Assembly: GCA_963823555.1 (NCBI GenBank)
Contig: CAWGMA010000001.1
Location: forward strand, 1,344,001 to 1,408,000
Direction: 5' to 3'
From: Candidatus Eiseniibacteriota bacterium
GTDB lineage: Bacteria > Eisenbacteria > RBG-16-71-46 > CAVPCR01
DNA length: 64,000 nucleotides
Position numbers and translations under genes: made by a program. Of the stretch, positions 19,266 to 29,652 are shown in pieces (the stretch's first letter is position 1; each line of letters begins with the position of its first letter). Below the pieces are notes generated by a model. That model was given only the letters and a program-made list of their open reading frames with translations, was not told the DNA's origin and ran no database searches.

Positions 19266-21406
19266 CGGGTGGGCCCATCTTCGGTCACCGTCTCCGTGCC
19301 GGCCGCTGTATGGACGGCAACGCACGTCACCCCATCCCTTCCCAGATGGACTGGCGGAGCGGCGATCTCGAGGAGGCGGGCCTTCATGTCCGGTGAGAAG
19401 TAGCTGTTGTCGGGAGCGAGGACATTGAGGTCGGAGAAGACCCACAACCGGTGGCCACGCTCGGCGGCCAGTATCTGCTCCAGATCGGCGAGGGTCACGA
19501 CCCGCCGGGCACCGGTGATGTGATGGCGGACAGGGATCCACCCGCCAAAGTCCTCGGTCCGTTCCGATACCACGTAGTCGACCTGGCCCATGTAGTAGTC
19601 GTAGATCGACGACCAGTACGGCGGCCCCACGACGAGGACGCGATCTCCGGCGGTGAGCCTGGCGGCGACGAAGGCTGCCGGATCCTTGTGATCCTGGTGG
19701 AAACGGGCATAGGGCTCCCAGCTCAGGATGGAACGGATCGGGTCGCGTGGAGTCGCATAGTCGCCCCCGACAACGGTTGCGATCTGGCGGGGGGCGAGAT
19801 CGGGCGAGATGAGGACGGCGAGTGCCACCACCAGCGCTCCCTCGACGAGTGGGCGGAAGCGAAAGGCATGGCCGAGCAAGGCGGCGCCCACGTCGAGGAT
19901 GGCCCCGATGGCACGCCCGGCAACGGCGAGGGCCGCGGCCAGGAGCGTGACGATGAACGGGTAGAGGTGGAAGTGGTAGCGCGATTCATTGTGGATCTCA
20001 CGGGTCGCCGTGATCGCCAGGAGCGGCAGCAGGAGCGCAGCCACGGCGAACAGATCACCGCCCCGGCGCCGATCGGCCGCGAAGCGGACCAGGAGAACGA
20101 CGATCGTGATGCCGACGAGAAGACTGGGAATCGGCCACGCTTGAATGAACCAGCTGAGCGCGCGTTCGGCGACCGGCGGGTAGCCCAAGAGAACGTCGGC
20201 GGTCGAACGCCGGGCACCCCACGAGGTCTCGAGCAGCTGCGGATGGAGGATCACGTACAGCAGCCAGTAGCCGGCCAGGATGAGGGTGGCGGCGAGCGCC
20301 GGCCCAAGCGGACGTTTTCCGAGATCGCGCCGTCCGCCGCGCAAGAGGATCATGTAGGCGAGGACCAGTCCCAGAGCCAGGCCGATCAGGTTGAGAAAGG
20401 CGGCAGCGACGATCCCGAGCGCCCACAGGGCGCGCAGGCGTCGACCCGGCCTGCGGAGCGCAAGGATGATGGCTGCGGCGGCGACGGCGGCGAGTAACGC
20501 GGCACCGAGCACGATCCCCGGATCCTCGGCGCGGATCTCCAGTGGCAGTAGCACCGGCGGCACGAGGAGGTAGGTCTTGACGAGGCGCGCTGCCGGGCCG
20601 TCCGCTTCGACCGTGGCGGTCGCTGACGGAACCGATGGCGTCTCGCGCATCAGGAGCCGGGCCTCGTAGCGGTGGAATCCGAACCAGAGGATGGCGAGGG
20701 CGATCACCGGCAGGAGCAAGCTCAGGGTGCGTCGCGGGCTGCGGTCCGGCGAGGTCGCTGCCGGTGGTGATACGAACAGCGGAACGGCATAGAAGAGAAG
20801 GGCGAAGATCCCGAGCTGATGCGTGGCGACGGCAACCGCACCAGCGAGGAAGGCAAGCCAGCGGTCGCGCCGGCTGCCCCCCGCCAAGTAGCCCCGATAG
20901 AACGCCGCCGCAAAGGCCAGGAAGGCGAGCGCGAGCAGGGTGTACATGCGCGCATAGCGAGACAGCGAGAGCTCCCAGACCGAGAAGGCCATCAGGAAGG
21001 CGGCGATGAGCCCCGTCCGCCGGCCGAAGAGCATGCGGGAGTAGATGAAGACGAGGATGACCGCCAGCGCACCGAAGATCGCAGCAGGCAGGCGCAGGCC
21101 CCACTCGGTGACGCCGCTCAGGGCGCAGACCAGAGCTTCGCAGTAGATGAACGGGCCGCCCCGCAGGTAGATGTTCCCCGAAGGGACGAGGGGAACGCCG
21201 GTGGCGAGCACACCCTCGACAGCCAGAGCCTGGTGGCCCTCATCGGCGATCAAGCCCAGTCGGCCGAGATCGTGGAGACGAAGGATCAGGGCGACCGCCG
21301 TGAGCGCGATGACGACGAGCCAAGCCCGATCGAGCCGGCGCTGCTGGCGCCGGGCATGCGGCCCGGTGTCGGCAGGTCGTGCGACTGCCGTGGATGTCAC
21401 CGCCAC
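19262..21406 (-). CDS. GT-C (ArnT/PMT, GT39/83-like) lipid-donor glycosyltransferase
   Basis: LRLHDLG..GLIADE, EWGLRLP, SRYARMY; many TM helices and a C-terminal soluble domain. Confidence 0.8.
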   Translation of the reverse strand: MAVTSTAVARPADTGPHARRQQRRLDRAWLVVIALTAVALILRLHDLGRLGLIADEGHQALAVEGVLATGVPLVPSGNIYLRGGPFIYCEALVCALSGVTEWGLRLPAAIFGALAVILVFIYSRMLFGRRTGLIAAFLMAFSVWELSLSRYARMYTLLALAFLAFAAAFYRGYLAGGSRRDRWLAFLAGAVAVATHQLGIFALLFYAVPLFVSPPAATSPDRSPRRTLSLLLPVIALAILWFGFHRYEARLLMRETPSVPSATATVEADGPAARLVKTYLLVPPVLLPLEIRAEDPGIVLGAALLAAVAAAAIILALRRPGRRLRALWALGIVAAAFLNLIGLALGLVLAYMILLRGGRRDLGKRPLGPALAATLILAGYWLLYVILHPQLLETSWGARRSTADVLLGYPPVAERALSWFIQAWPIPSLLVGITIVVLLVRFAADRRRGGDLFAVAALLLPLLAITATREIHNESRYHFHLYPFIVTLLAAALAVAGRAIGAILDVGAALLGHAFRFRPLVEGALVVALAVLISPDLAPRQIATVVGGDYATPRDPIRSILSWEPYARFHQDHKDPAAFVAARLTAGDRVLVVGPPYWSSIYDYYMGQVDYVVSERTEDFGGWIPVRHHITGARRVVTLADLEQILAAERGHRLWVFSDLNVLAPDNSYFSPDMKARLLEIAAPPVHLGRDGVTCVAVHTAAGTETVTEDGPTR

Positions 21407-21410
21407 CCTC

Positions 21411-22451
21411 CTAGGCGGAACGTCCGCTGTTTTCGAGGTTCACGACTTTGGCCGGATCGGAGCCGAAACCGAGCGTTTCGCGAACGGCGTAGATCGGCTT
21501 GTCCTGGGATTCGTGGTATGTGCGCGCCATCATCTCGGCCAGGAGTCCCATGGAAATGAACTGGACTCCAGTCGAGATGAGAAGGACACCCAGGAGGAGG
21601 AGCGGCCGGCGGGATAGCTCTTCCTTGAACAGGATGCGCATGACGGCCAGATAGCCGGAGATGAGGACGCCGGAGAACAGGCACAGCGCGCCCCAGAACC
21701 CGAACACATGCAGCGGCTGCGTGGAGAAGCTGAGCAGGAACTTCACCGTGATGAGATCGAGTAGCACGCGAAAGGTGCGTCCGATGCCGTACTTGGTGTG
21801 ACCGAAGCGTCGTGGATGATGGTTGACGGGCAACTCGGCGATCCGCGAACCGTACCAGCTGGCAAGAGCCGGTATGAAGCGGTGCATCTCTCCGTAAAGG
21901 TGGACGTTCTTCACGACGTCGGCGCGATAGGCCTTGAGCGAGCACCCGTAGTCGTGGAGCCTGACGCCGGTGACCTTTCCGATGAGCCAGTTGGCGAGCA
22001 TCGAGGGCAAGCGCCGGGACACGAGATGATCCTGGCGGTCCACCCGCCATCCCGACACCACATCGTAGCCCTCCTCGAGCTTGGCCACCAGGCGCGGGAT
22101 GTCCGCCGGGTCATTCTGCAGATCGGCATCCATTGGAATGATGATCCGACCCCGGGAGTAGCGGAAGGCAGCGGACATGGCGGCGGTCTGCCCGAAGTTG
22201 CGGCGCAGCCGCACCACCCGTACGTGGGGGTCGCGTGCCTGGATCTCGGCGAGCACGGCAAAGCTGCCGTCGGATGATCCATCGTCTACGAACAGGATCT
22301 CGTAGGACCGGCGGTACTCCACCAGCGTCTCGGTGATCGCCGCGTGCAAGGTCGTCAGGCTCTGCTCCTCGTTGTACACGGGAACGACGATCGAGATGTC
22401 GAGGAGCGGCGTGACCGCGGCAGCGGCGTGGGCGGAGCGCTCGGGAGGCAT
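21411..22451 (-). CDS. GT2 polyprenol-phosphate glycosyltransferase (ArnC/GtrB-like)
   Basis: IVVPVYNEE, VDDGSSD, RNFGQTAA, MDADLQNDP, LHDYGCSLKAYR, LYGEMHRFIP; two C-terminal TMs. Confidence 0.9.
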   Translation of the reverse strand: MPPERSAHAAAAVTPLLDISIVVPVYNEEQSLTTLHAAITETLVEYRRSYEILFVDDGSSDGSFAVLAEIQARDPHVRVVRLRRNFGQTAAMSAAFRYSRGRIIIPMDADLQNDPADIPRLVAKLEEGYDVVSGWRVDRQDHLVSRRLPSMLANWLIGKVTGVRLHDYGCSLKAYRADVVKNVHLYGEMHRFIPALASWYGSRIAELPVNHHPRRFGHTKYGIGRTFRVLLDLITVKFLLSFSTQPLHVFGFWGALCLFSGVLISGYLAVMRILFKEELSRRPLLLLGVLLISTGVQFISMGLLAEMMARTYHESQDKPIYAVRETLGFGSDPAKVVNLENSGRSA

Positions 22452-22461
22452 GGCATCACTC

Positions 22462-23439
22462 CTACGGGCGTTGGCCCTGGGCGGAGGCGACTTCGCTCAT
22501 CGATTGAAACCAATCGAAGGTCCGCCGCAGTCCCGACTCGAAATCGACGTTGGGTTCGTAGCCGAGGAGCTTCCGCGCGCGGCTGATATCGGCCTGGGAG
22601 TGCTTGACATCGCCGGGCCGCGGATCGTCATGATGGGGCTGGAGCGAAACGGCGGCGAACTCGACGAGCTTGCGACAGAGGGCCCCGACCGAGGCGCGTC
22701 GACCGCAGGCGATGTTGATGGCCTTCCCGACCGCCTCGGGCGCGTCGGCCGCCAGCAGGTTGGCGGCCACGACATCCGAGACAAAGGTGAAGTCGCGGGA
22801 CTGTTCGCCGTCGCCGTAGATGATCGGCTGCTCACCGCGAAAGATCCGGGAGAGGAAGATCGGAATCACTGCCGCGTACTCGGAGTCGGCCGTTTGCCGT
22901 GGGCCGAATACATTGAAGTATCGCAGTGTCACCGTCTCGAGTCCGCACACGTGATGGAAGACGCGCATGTACTCCTCGCCGGCGAGCTTGGTCACGCCGT
23001 AAGGCGAGATCGGTAGGGGGCGTTGCTCCTCGTGCTTGGGGAGGTCGGGTGCGTTGCCGTAGACCGAGGAGGAACCGGCGAATACGACGCGACGCACCCC
23101 GCCCGCCCGTGCCGCCTCGAGAACGTGGACCGTCCCGCCGACATTCACCGCATTGACGACTGCCGGCTCGTCGATCGAGCGCTGCACCGAAGCCAGCGCC
23201 GCTTCGTGGAAGATGACCTCGATGTCCTCGGCAGCGCGATGTACGGCGTCAACGTCGCGCAGATCCCCCTCGACGATCTCGAGCTGTCCGGCCTGGGCCG
23301 CGGCGGGAAAGACCAGGTTCGAGCGCTTACCGGTCGAGAAGTTGTCGAAGACCCGCACCTGATGGCCGTCGGCGAGTAGCCGTTCGACGAGATGGGAGCC
23401 GATGAAGCCGGCGCCGCCGGTGACCAGATAGCGCTGCAT
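22462..23439 (-). CDS. NAD-dependent epimerase (UDP-GlcNAc 4-epimerase, WbpP-like)
   Basis: VTGGAGFIGS, ISPYGVTK, LRYFNVFGPRQ, GDGEQSRDFT. Confidence 0.9.
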   Translation of the reverse strand: MQRYLVTGGAGFIGSHLVERLLADGHQVRVFDNFSTGKRSNLVFPAAAQAGQLEIVEGDLRDVDAVHRAAEDIEVIFHEAALASVQRSIDEPAVVNAVNVGGTVHVLEAARAGGVRRVVFAGSSSVYGNAPDLPKHEEQRPLPISPYGVTKLAGEEYMRVFHHVCGLETVTLRYFNVFGPRQTADSEYAAVIPIFLSRIFRGEQPIIYGDGEQSRDFTFVSDVVAANLLAADAPEAVGKAINIACGRRASVGALCRKLVEFAAVSLQPHHDDPRPGDVKHSQADISRARKLLGYEPNVDFESGLRRTFDWFQSMSEVASAQGQRP

Positions 23440-23514
23440 GCCCTTCCTCGTGATGTTCAGGTGGCGTCCCGCTCTCCCCGCGGCTGGGGGGTGAGCGGTC
23501 ACGCCGGCTTTCCC

Positions 23515-24816
23515 CTAGATGCGAACGATATGCGGAGCCCGGGTGCCCTTGAGCGAGTTTCGGGTATCGAGGATCAGCCGGGCATGGCGGACGATCGTCC
23601 CATAGTCGAATGCGCTATGGGCAGTCGTGATGATTGTGCAGTCGGCCTCCTTGAGCAGCTTCGGAGTGAGCCGATGACCGGTTACGACCGCTCCGGCGCC
23701 ATGCCCGAGCTCGAGCTCGGTGACGAACGGATCATGGAACTTCACCTCCGCTCCACGGTCGGTGAGCAGCTTGTAGATATCGATCGCCGGTGACTCGCGC
23801 GTGTCGTCGATGTCGGCCTTGTAGGTCACGCCGAGCATGAGGACCTTCGAGCCATTGAGGCTCTTCCGGCGCTCGTTGAGCGCCTCCATGACCTTGCTGA
23901 CGACATGATGCGGCATGGAGCTATTGACTTGCCCCGCGAGCTCGATGAAGCGAGCCTCGAATCCGTCTTGCTTCGCCTTCCAGGATAGATAGAAGGGGTC
24001 GATGGGGATGCAGTGTCCGCCGAGCCCGGGTCCGGGATAGAAGGGCATGAAGCCGAAGGGCTTGGTGGCCGCCGCGTCGATTACCTCCCAGACATCGATG
24101 TTCATCTTGTCGCACATGAGCGCGAGCTCGTTGACCAGTCCGATGTTGACGGAGCGAAAGGTGTTCTCGAGGAGCTTCACCATCTCGGCGACGCGGGTCG
24201 AGGACACCGGGACCACGGTCTCGAGCGTATGGCTGTAGAGGAGCTGTGCCAGCTCCGTGCACTGGGGCGTAACGCCGCCGACCACCTTGGGAATGTTGTG
24301 GGTCTGGAACCGCTTGTTGCCGGGGTCGACGCGCTCAGGAGAGAAGGCCAGGAAGAAATCCCTCCCGACCTTGAGGCCGGTGGACTCGAGGCGCGGCAAG
24401 ATCAGCTCGTCCGTCGTGCCCGGATAGGTTGTGCTCTCGAGGATGATCAGCTGGTCCTTGTGCAGTCGCGTCCGGATCTCCTCCACCGCAGCGACGATGT
24501 AGGAGACGTCGGGGTCTCGCGTCTTGCGGAGTGGAGTCGGCACGCAGATGTTCACGGAATCCACCTCGGCGAGGTGGCTGAAGTCCGTCGTGGCGCGCAG
24601 CTTCTTCTTGACGCTGCGCAGGCGTCGGGTCGGGACGTCGCCGATGTAGGAATCGCCGCGCTCGAGGCGCGCCACCTTGTCGGGATCGACGTCGAACCCG
24701 ATGACGTGGAATCCGGAGCCTGCGAACTCGACGGCGAGCGGTAGCCCGACATAGCCGAGCCCGATGACGCCGAGTGTGGCGGATTTATTTGCGAGTTTCT
24801 GCTTGAGGCGTGACAA
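23515..24816 (-). CDS. nucleotide-sugar (UDP-GlcNAc) 6-dehydrogenase, WbpA/WbpO-like
   Basis: GLGYVGLPLA, CVPTP, ESTTYPGTT, FSPERVDPGN, KLLENTFR, GGHCIPIDP. Confidence 0.93.
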   Translation of the reverse strand: MSRLKQKLANKSATLGVIGLGYVGLPLAVEFAGSGFHVIGFDVDPDKVARLERGDSYIGDVPTRRLRSVKKKLRATTDFSHLAEVDSVNICVPTPLRKTRDPDVSYIVAAVEEIRTRLHKDQLIILESTTYPGTTDELILPRLESTGLKVGRDFFLAFSPERVDPGNKRFQTHNIPKVVGGVTPQCTELAQLLYSHTLETVVPVSSTRVAEMVKLLENTFRSVNIGLVNELALMCDKMNIDVWEVIDAAATKPFGFMPFYPGPGLGGHCIPIDPFYLSWKAKQDGFEARFIELAGQVNSSMPHHVVSKVMEALNERRKSLNGSKVLMLGVTYKADIDDTRESPAIDIYKLLTDRGAEVKFHDPFVTELELGHGAGAVVTGHRLTPKLLKEADCTIITTAHSAFDYGTIVRHARLILDTRNSLKGTRAPHIVRI

Positions 24817-25540
24817 GGGTCACCTCACCGCGAGCCGGGCCGCGATCCTTGAGCCGCGGGACTTCTTCTTCATAACCGTAGTACTTGTAGTCGTAGTAGT
24901 ACGGCAGGGCTTCAGAGGCGTTGTTGACGACGACGCCGAGGACATTGGCCTCGACGTTGGAAAGCAGGTCGCGGGCACGTCGCACCACCTGGCGCGGCGT
25001 CTTGCCGGCGAGGACGACGAGGATGACGCCGTCCATCTCCGGGGCCAGGAGGAGCGGATCGGACACTGGTAGGAGCGGCGGGCTGTCGACCAGGATGAGA
25101 TCGAACTCCGTGGCCAGCTTGGCGAAGGTCTGTTGAATGACATCCGTCTGGAAGAGCTTCGAAGGGCCCGAGACGACTCGACCTGACGTGATCACCTTGA
25201 GGTTGGGTTGCGGCGTGTCCTTGAGCACGGCCTTGAGCGGCAGGATGCCACGCATGAAATCGGTCATGCCCCTTGCTTGCGGGACCCCGTAGAGCTCGTG
25301 GACGCGTGGCTTGCGCAGGTCGCAGTCCACCAGGGCGATCCGGCCCTGATTGTGGCGGGCGACGGTGAGGGCCAGATGGGCGCAAGTCGTCGATTTCCCC
25401 TCGCCGCGGCGCGAGCTGGTGATCTGCAGGGTGCGCAGGGGATTGCCGGCAGCCTCGCGCTCGATCCGGACCTGAAGACGCCTGAACTCGGTCCCGGCTG
25501 GCGACTCGTCGGCGAATTTCTCGAAGATGTTGTGGTTCAT
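24785..25540 (-). CDS. CpsD/CapB-family bacterial tyrosine kinase
   Basis: Walker A GEGKST, A' LVDCDLRKP, B ILVDSPP; C-terminal Tyr cluster YYYDYKYYGY. Confidence 0.92.
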   Translation of the reverse strand: MNHNIFEKFADESPAGTEFRRLQVRIEREAAGNPLRTLQITSSRRGEGKSTTCAHLALTVARHNQGRIALVDCDLRKPRVHELYGVPQARGMTDFMRGILPLKAVLKDTPQPNLKVITSGRVVSGPSKLFQTDVIQQTFAKLATEFDLILVDSPPLLPVSDPLLLAPEMDGVILVVLAGKTPRQVVRRARDLLSNVEANVLGVVVNNASEALPYYYDYKYYGYEEEVPRLKDRGPARGEVTLVTPQAETRK

Positions 25541-27243
25541 GGCGCCGCATCTCTGCCGGGCGCAGGCTCATGCACTCCCCCGCCGGGAGCGATCAGCGGC
25601 GCGGCGTTCGCAGCCGGGTTGAGAGCGCAGAACACGCACAGTACCCATCCGGCCGCCCCGGCCTGCTTGGTCCTGGACCGGGAGCGGCGCTGCCGGCCGG
25701 GGCGCAGGTTGGCGGACACCAGCCGCGGGATCGTGCCGAGCACCGGGAGCCCGAGTTCGTGCTCGATCTCCTCGACCGTGCGCAGCGAGTTGTCAAGGTA
25801 CTCGGCAAGGATGATGGCACCGACCCCCAGCAACGGGCCGGCGAGGAAGGCGAGCAAGAGCACACGGAAGCGGTCGGGCCATGCCGGGCGGATGGGAACC
25901 GCGGGCTGCTCGATGATCTTGACCCGTGACGTGACGCTGGCCTCCTGAGCCGTCCGCTTGAGGGCGTCCGACATCCGGCGCTCCTGGATGTTGGTGACCA
26001 CGTTCCGGTAGCGATCGACGTCTTCCTGGAGGCGCCGGAGCTCGAGCTCCTGCTCGGGACCGGAGACGACTCCAGCGGAGTACTGATTCAGGAACTCCTG
26101 GATTCGCGAGCGGCGCGCACGGACGGAGCTCAGCGTGTATCGGTCGTAGAGGATGTCGCGGATCTGCTTCTGGTCGATGGCCGAGGCCTGCGGGTACTTC
26201 TTCTCGACCTGCGTCTGGATCTCGTTGAAGAGCTCGGTGCGCGTGTTGGTGACCTCTGATCCGGCGATCTGCGGCACCGTGCCGCCGTCCCCGAGTCCCT
26301 GGATGATGAGAGGCACCTGGTTCAGCTCGGCCTGCGTGAGGGCGGCGGCCAGGGATGAAATGCGGCCCGAGGCGGTGCCGGCTTCGAGCGTCGCCAGACC
26401 GCCCATCGCAGCCGGCAAGCGCTCGAGGCCGCGCTGGATCCTCCGCTCGATGCTCGCGATCTCGACATCGGCCTGATCGACGAGCCGTCTGGTATCGGTC
26501 AGGTTCTCCCCCGACACCGGGTTCTGTGAGTAGAGGCTGCGGCTGGAGATTTGGCGTTGCTTGGCCTCCAGCGCGTCCTCGGCGTCGGCGAGGAGCATCT
26601 GGTAGCGTTCGAGCTGCTCGTCCGAGAACTCCTGTGTGCGGTCGACGACCTCGATACCCTCGCTGAGCGTGAAACCCAGGTACTCGTCGGACACAGCCTT
26701 GGCCAGCGCGTAGGCAAAGGCCGGATCCTCGTCCCGGCTGTTGAAGCGATACTGGGCGATGCCCGCCGGCTCCACGGAGAGCTTCTCCTTGAGGCGAGCG
26801 GTATAGGCGTACACAACGAGCTGCTCGAGGTTGAGATCGGGAAGTCGATTCTGCAGGTTGACGGCGGCGGCACGGATGTGCGGGTCCTTGTCGAGGCCCA
26901 GCCGCTTCCCCACCGGCTCCAGGAAACGTTGGCCGGTGATCTGCTGGTTGATCTTCCCTACCTGCTGCCGCTCGTAGTCGCGCGGAACGTCGCGGCGCCC
27001 ACCGCGCCGGCCCCCACTGGTGAAGTCCTCGGCCATGCTCTCGACCGCATCCTGGTCCAGGATCTGGACGACCGCGGAGGAGACGTAGACCGGCGTGACG
27101 AAGTGCAGGCCGATCCACGCCGTGGCCGCGACCAGCACGGTCGGCACGAGGATCATCCACTTGCGCTTCCAGAGGATGCGCCCGTACTCGCCGAGCTCGA
27201 TCCTGTCCTGCTGCTCTGCGTTCATTCCCCTGGTTCCTTGCAC
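25537..27243 (-). CDS. polysaccharide co-polymerase / chain-length determinant (GumC/Wzz-like)
   Basis: N-terminal TM after ILWKRKWMI, coiled-coil periplasmic region, P..P..P TM, EYLDNSLRT...LGLPVLGTIP. Confidence 0.88.
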   Translation of the reverse strand: MQGTRGMNAEQQDRIELGEYGRILWKRKWMILVPTVLVAATAWIGLHFVTPVYVSSAVVQILDQDAVESMAEDFTSGGRRGGRRDVPRDYERQQVGKINQQITGQRFLEPVGKRLGLDKDPHIRAAAVNLQNRLPDLNLEQLVVYAYTARLKEKLSVEPAGIAQYRFNSRDEDPAFAYALAKAVSDEYLGFTLSEGIEVVDRTQEFSDEQLERYQMLLADAEDALEAKQRQISSRSLYSQNPVSGENLTDTRRLVDQADVEIASIERRIQRGLERLPAAMGGLATLEAGTASGRISSLAAALTQAELNQVPLIIQGLGDGGTVPQIAGSEVTNTRTELFNEIQTQVEKKYPQASAIDQKQIRDILYDRYTLSSVRARRSRIQEFLNQYSAGVVSGPEQELELRRLQEDVDRYRNVVTNIQERRMSDALKRTAQEASVTSRVKIIEQPAVPIRPAWPDRFRVLLLAFLAGPLLGVGAIILAEYLDNSLRTVEEIEHELGLPVLGTIPRLVSANLRPGRQRRSRSRTKQAGAAGWVLCVFCALNPAANAAPLIAPGGGVHEPAPGRDAAP

Positions 27244-27268
27244 CCTACAGCCGATCCGAACGGTGGTT

Positions 27269-28213
27269 CTAGTTGCCGATCTGGTCGACGAGGAAAATGA
27301 TACCGAGGATCAGCGTCGCAAAGGTCGCTGCGGTGCGGATGGCCCCCCACACGCTCACCCCCGCGCCGTCGATGGTCACCGTGTCGCCGGCGACGAGCAC
27401 CGGGTTGGCGACCTCATCTCCTCGCTGCAAGAAGTCCTCGAGATTCACCTCGATCGTCTTTGGGGATGCGGGTCCGCGGCGGACGATCGTCACTTGTTTC
27501 AAGTTGGCTCCCTGGGATGGTCCGCCAGCCAGGAGGATGGCGCCCGCCAGATCCACGGCGGCCTCCTTCTGATAGACGCCGGGATTCACAACGTAGCCGA
27601 ACACATAGATCACGTTGGGCCAGGTCTGCTCGATGACCTTCTTGGGGACGACGATCGTGTCGTCGGGATCGAGGGTCGGCAGATCGGTGGGCAGGCCTCG
27701 CCCCCAGATCTGGTTCAGGTCCACGGTGATGATGTTGCGCTCGTCGGTGGCATCCCCCCGGCGAATGATCTGGACTCCACCCAGGTAGGCGCTCTCCGTG
27801 GGGCCGCCGGCTTCTCGAATCAGATCCCATACCGAAGGCATGGGCCAGCGCGCGTACTTCCCCGGCGCGGCCACCTCGCCCAGAACATAGACCGCCTTCG
27901 AGTTGTACGCCGTCACTTCCAAGGATATCTGGGTGATCTGCCGGTCATAGAGCGAGAACTTGCGAGCAAGTTCCTCCTCCAGCTGACCCGGCGTGGAACC
28001 GGCCACCTTCACCTCGCCGACCAGTGGCAACGTGACCGTGCCGTCGGCCCGCACGTTAACGGTGCGGGTCAGCTCGGGCCTCTCCCAGACCTCGATCCTG
28101 ATCTCGTCCTCGGCCTCGATCTCATAGGCGGTCTGGGCCCAGGTCTTGCCGGCCATCAGTCCCAGCGTCGCGACGACGCACGCCGCAGCGAGGAGCCAGC
28201 GGTACTCCATCAT
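27269..28213 (-). CDS. wza: polysaccharide export protein (Wza/OPX family) with SLBB domains
   Basis: Signal peptide; PES motif VRADGTVTLPLVGEVKVAG; VYVLGEVAAPG; two SLBB repeats. Confidence 0.9.
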   Translation of the reverse strand: MMEYRWLLAAACVVATLGLMAGKTWAQTAYEIEAEDEIRIEVWERPELTRTVNVRADGTVTLPLVGEVKVAGSTPGQLEEELARKFSLYDRQITQISLEVTAYNSKAVYVLGEVAAPGKYARWPMPSVWDLIREAGGPTESAYLGGVQIIRRGDATDERNIITVDLNQIWGRGLPTDLPTLDPDDTIVVPKKVIEQTWPNVIYVFGYVVNPGVYQKEAAVDLAGAILLAGGPSQGANLKQVTIVRRGPASPKTIEVNLEDFLQRGDEVANPVLVAGDTVTIDGAGVSVWGAIRTAATFATLILGIIFLVDQIGN

Positions 28214-28469
28214 CCCCTATTACCCTCTTTCGGACCGGGGCACTCCACGGACTCGGACTTGGCGCCCTCCGCCCAACGCCAGCGGGGGGCAATCGTTATG
28301 GAGCGCCGGACATTAGCAAGGAGTTGCAGATGGGGCTAGGGGAGGCTCGACCGGTTCAAGAGCCTGGTTTCGGCGCTCGAGCCCTGGAGTCCAGATCATG
28401 GCGCCCACCACGCCAAGATACACCATTCCCGATTGCCGGTCGCCCCCCGCAACTCCTTTTCACTACTAA

Positions 28470-28497
28470 GTATCGGGGCTGGGGTGGGGCAGCTTGA
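28470..28497 (-). promoter_or_regulatory. putative sigma28 (FliA/SigD)-type promoter for the wza operon
   Basis: Minus strand TCAAG-N15-CCCGATAC. Confidence 0.5.
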
Positions 28498-28532
28498 GAT
28501 CTAACCCTGGTCCCCCCGGTCCGGGCGGATCG

Positions 28533-29525
28533 CTAGGCAGCCCGGGCGGAAGGAGCGACGGCCACTCGATTGCGTCCGGCGCGCTTGGCCGCAAAGAGGG
28601 CCTCGTCCGCGGCCGCGAGCAGCACTTCGGGGGATAGCCCGTGCTCAGGGAAGGTGGAGATCCCGATGGAGCACGTCATCTCCCCCGGCGTGAGCTCCGG
28701 GAAGGCGATGCCCTCCACGGCGGCGCGCACTCGCTCGGCGGCGGCGGTGGCGCCCTCCTGGCGTGTGTGCGGGAGGATCAGGAGGAACTCATCCCCACCG
28801 TACTTGGCAACGAGATCGATCTCCCGAGTGGTGTTCTGGATCACCGCCGCCACGTGTTTCAGCACCGAGCTTCCAGCCAGGTGGCCAAAGCGTTCGTTGT
28901 ACTCCTTGAGATGGTCCACATCGAGCATGCAGAGGGACAGCGGGTGGCCCAGACGGGCGGCGCGCTGGACCTCGCGGCGCAGGGCGACGCGAAGGAACCG
29001 GTAGTTGTAAGTCCCTGTCAAATCGTCGGTCACGACCTCCGCTTCGAGCTGACTGAGGACCGTGCGGTTGTGCATCGCAACACCCAGGGCAGCGGCCGTG
29101 GCGGCAACCAGGGTTGGTGCTTCGGGGGAACCGGGGTCCCAGACCGCGAGCACGCCCTGCCGGCCCTCGGCCAGCGGGACGCAAGCGGCGACGAGACGCT
29201 CCGGTTCGCGTCCGGCGATCATGTCCCATTCGGGATCGCACTCGGCTCGAGTTCCGAGCCCGACCTCACCCGAAAGGGCCTGAGCCATGAGTCCTCGCGG
29301 TGGCCCGGTTCGGGACACGCGGTCGAGCCGGGGGTCCGTACCGGGACCGATGCGAAGGATCTCCCAGCGCTTCCCGGAGGGGATGGCGGCCAGGGCGACC
29401 GGGGCCGAGGTCGTCGTCGCGAGCAAGCGCAAGACGTCGGTTACCCACCGTGCATCCGACTTGCCGTCGCGGGTCATGAGGCCGGCGGCCTCGATCAGGT
29501 TCTGGAGGTGGGTCGGCATGGCCAT
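28533..29525 (-). CDS. diguanylate cyclase (GGDEF) with an N-terminal GAF-like region
   Basis: TDDLTGTYN, DVDHLKEYNERFGH, RxxD I-site (REID), intact YGGDEF, AADEALFAAKRAGRNRV. Confidence 0.92.
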   Translation of the reverse strand: MAMPTHLQNLIEAAGLMTRDGKSDARWVTDVLRLLATTTSAPVALAAIPSGKRWEILRIGPGTDPRLDRVSRTGPPRGLMAQALSGEVGLGTRAECDPEWDMIAGREPERLVAACVPLAEGRQGVLAVWDPGSPEAPTLVAATAAALGVAMHNRTVLSQLEAEVVTDDLTGTYNYRFLRVALRREVQRAARLGHPLSLCMLDVDHLKEYNERFGHLAGSSVLKHVAAVIQNTTREIDLVAKYGGDEFLLILPHTRQEGATAAAERVRAAVEGIAFPELTPGEMTCSIGISTFPEHGLSPEVLLAAADEALFAAKRAGRNRVAVAPSARAA

Positions 29526-29624
29526 GGATGAGAGACAATGAGCCTTGCTGGCGGATGCGCCGGACGGGCTCCGCCAGGAACAGGCTCCTTGCAGCACAGC
29601 AATCTGGAGTCGTCTCGCGAGGGG

Positions 29625-29652
29625 TTATCGGCGATCTGGCCGCGGACCTTTG
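29625..29652 (-). promoter_or_regulatory. putative sigma28-type promoter for the DGC gene
   Basis: Minus strand CAAAG-N15-GCCGATAA (consensus -10 element). Confidence 0.55.

Noticed and set aside
28310..28335. sigma54 promoter upstream of wza (TTGCT element)
   Set aside because: No GG at the -24 position with the required spacing.
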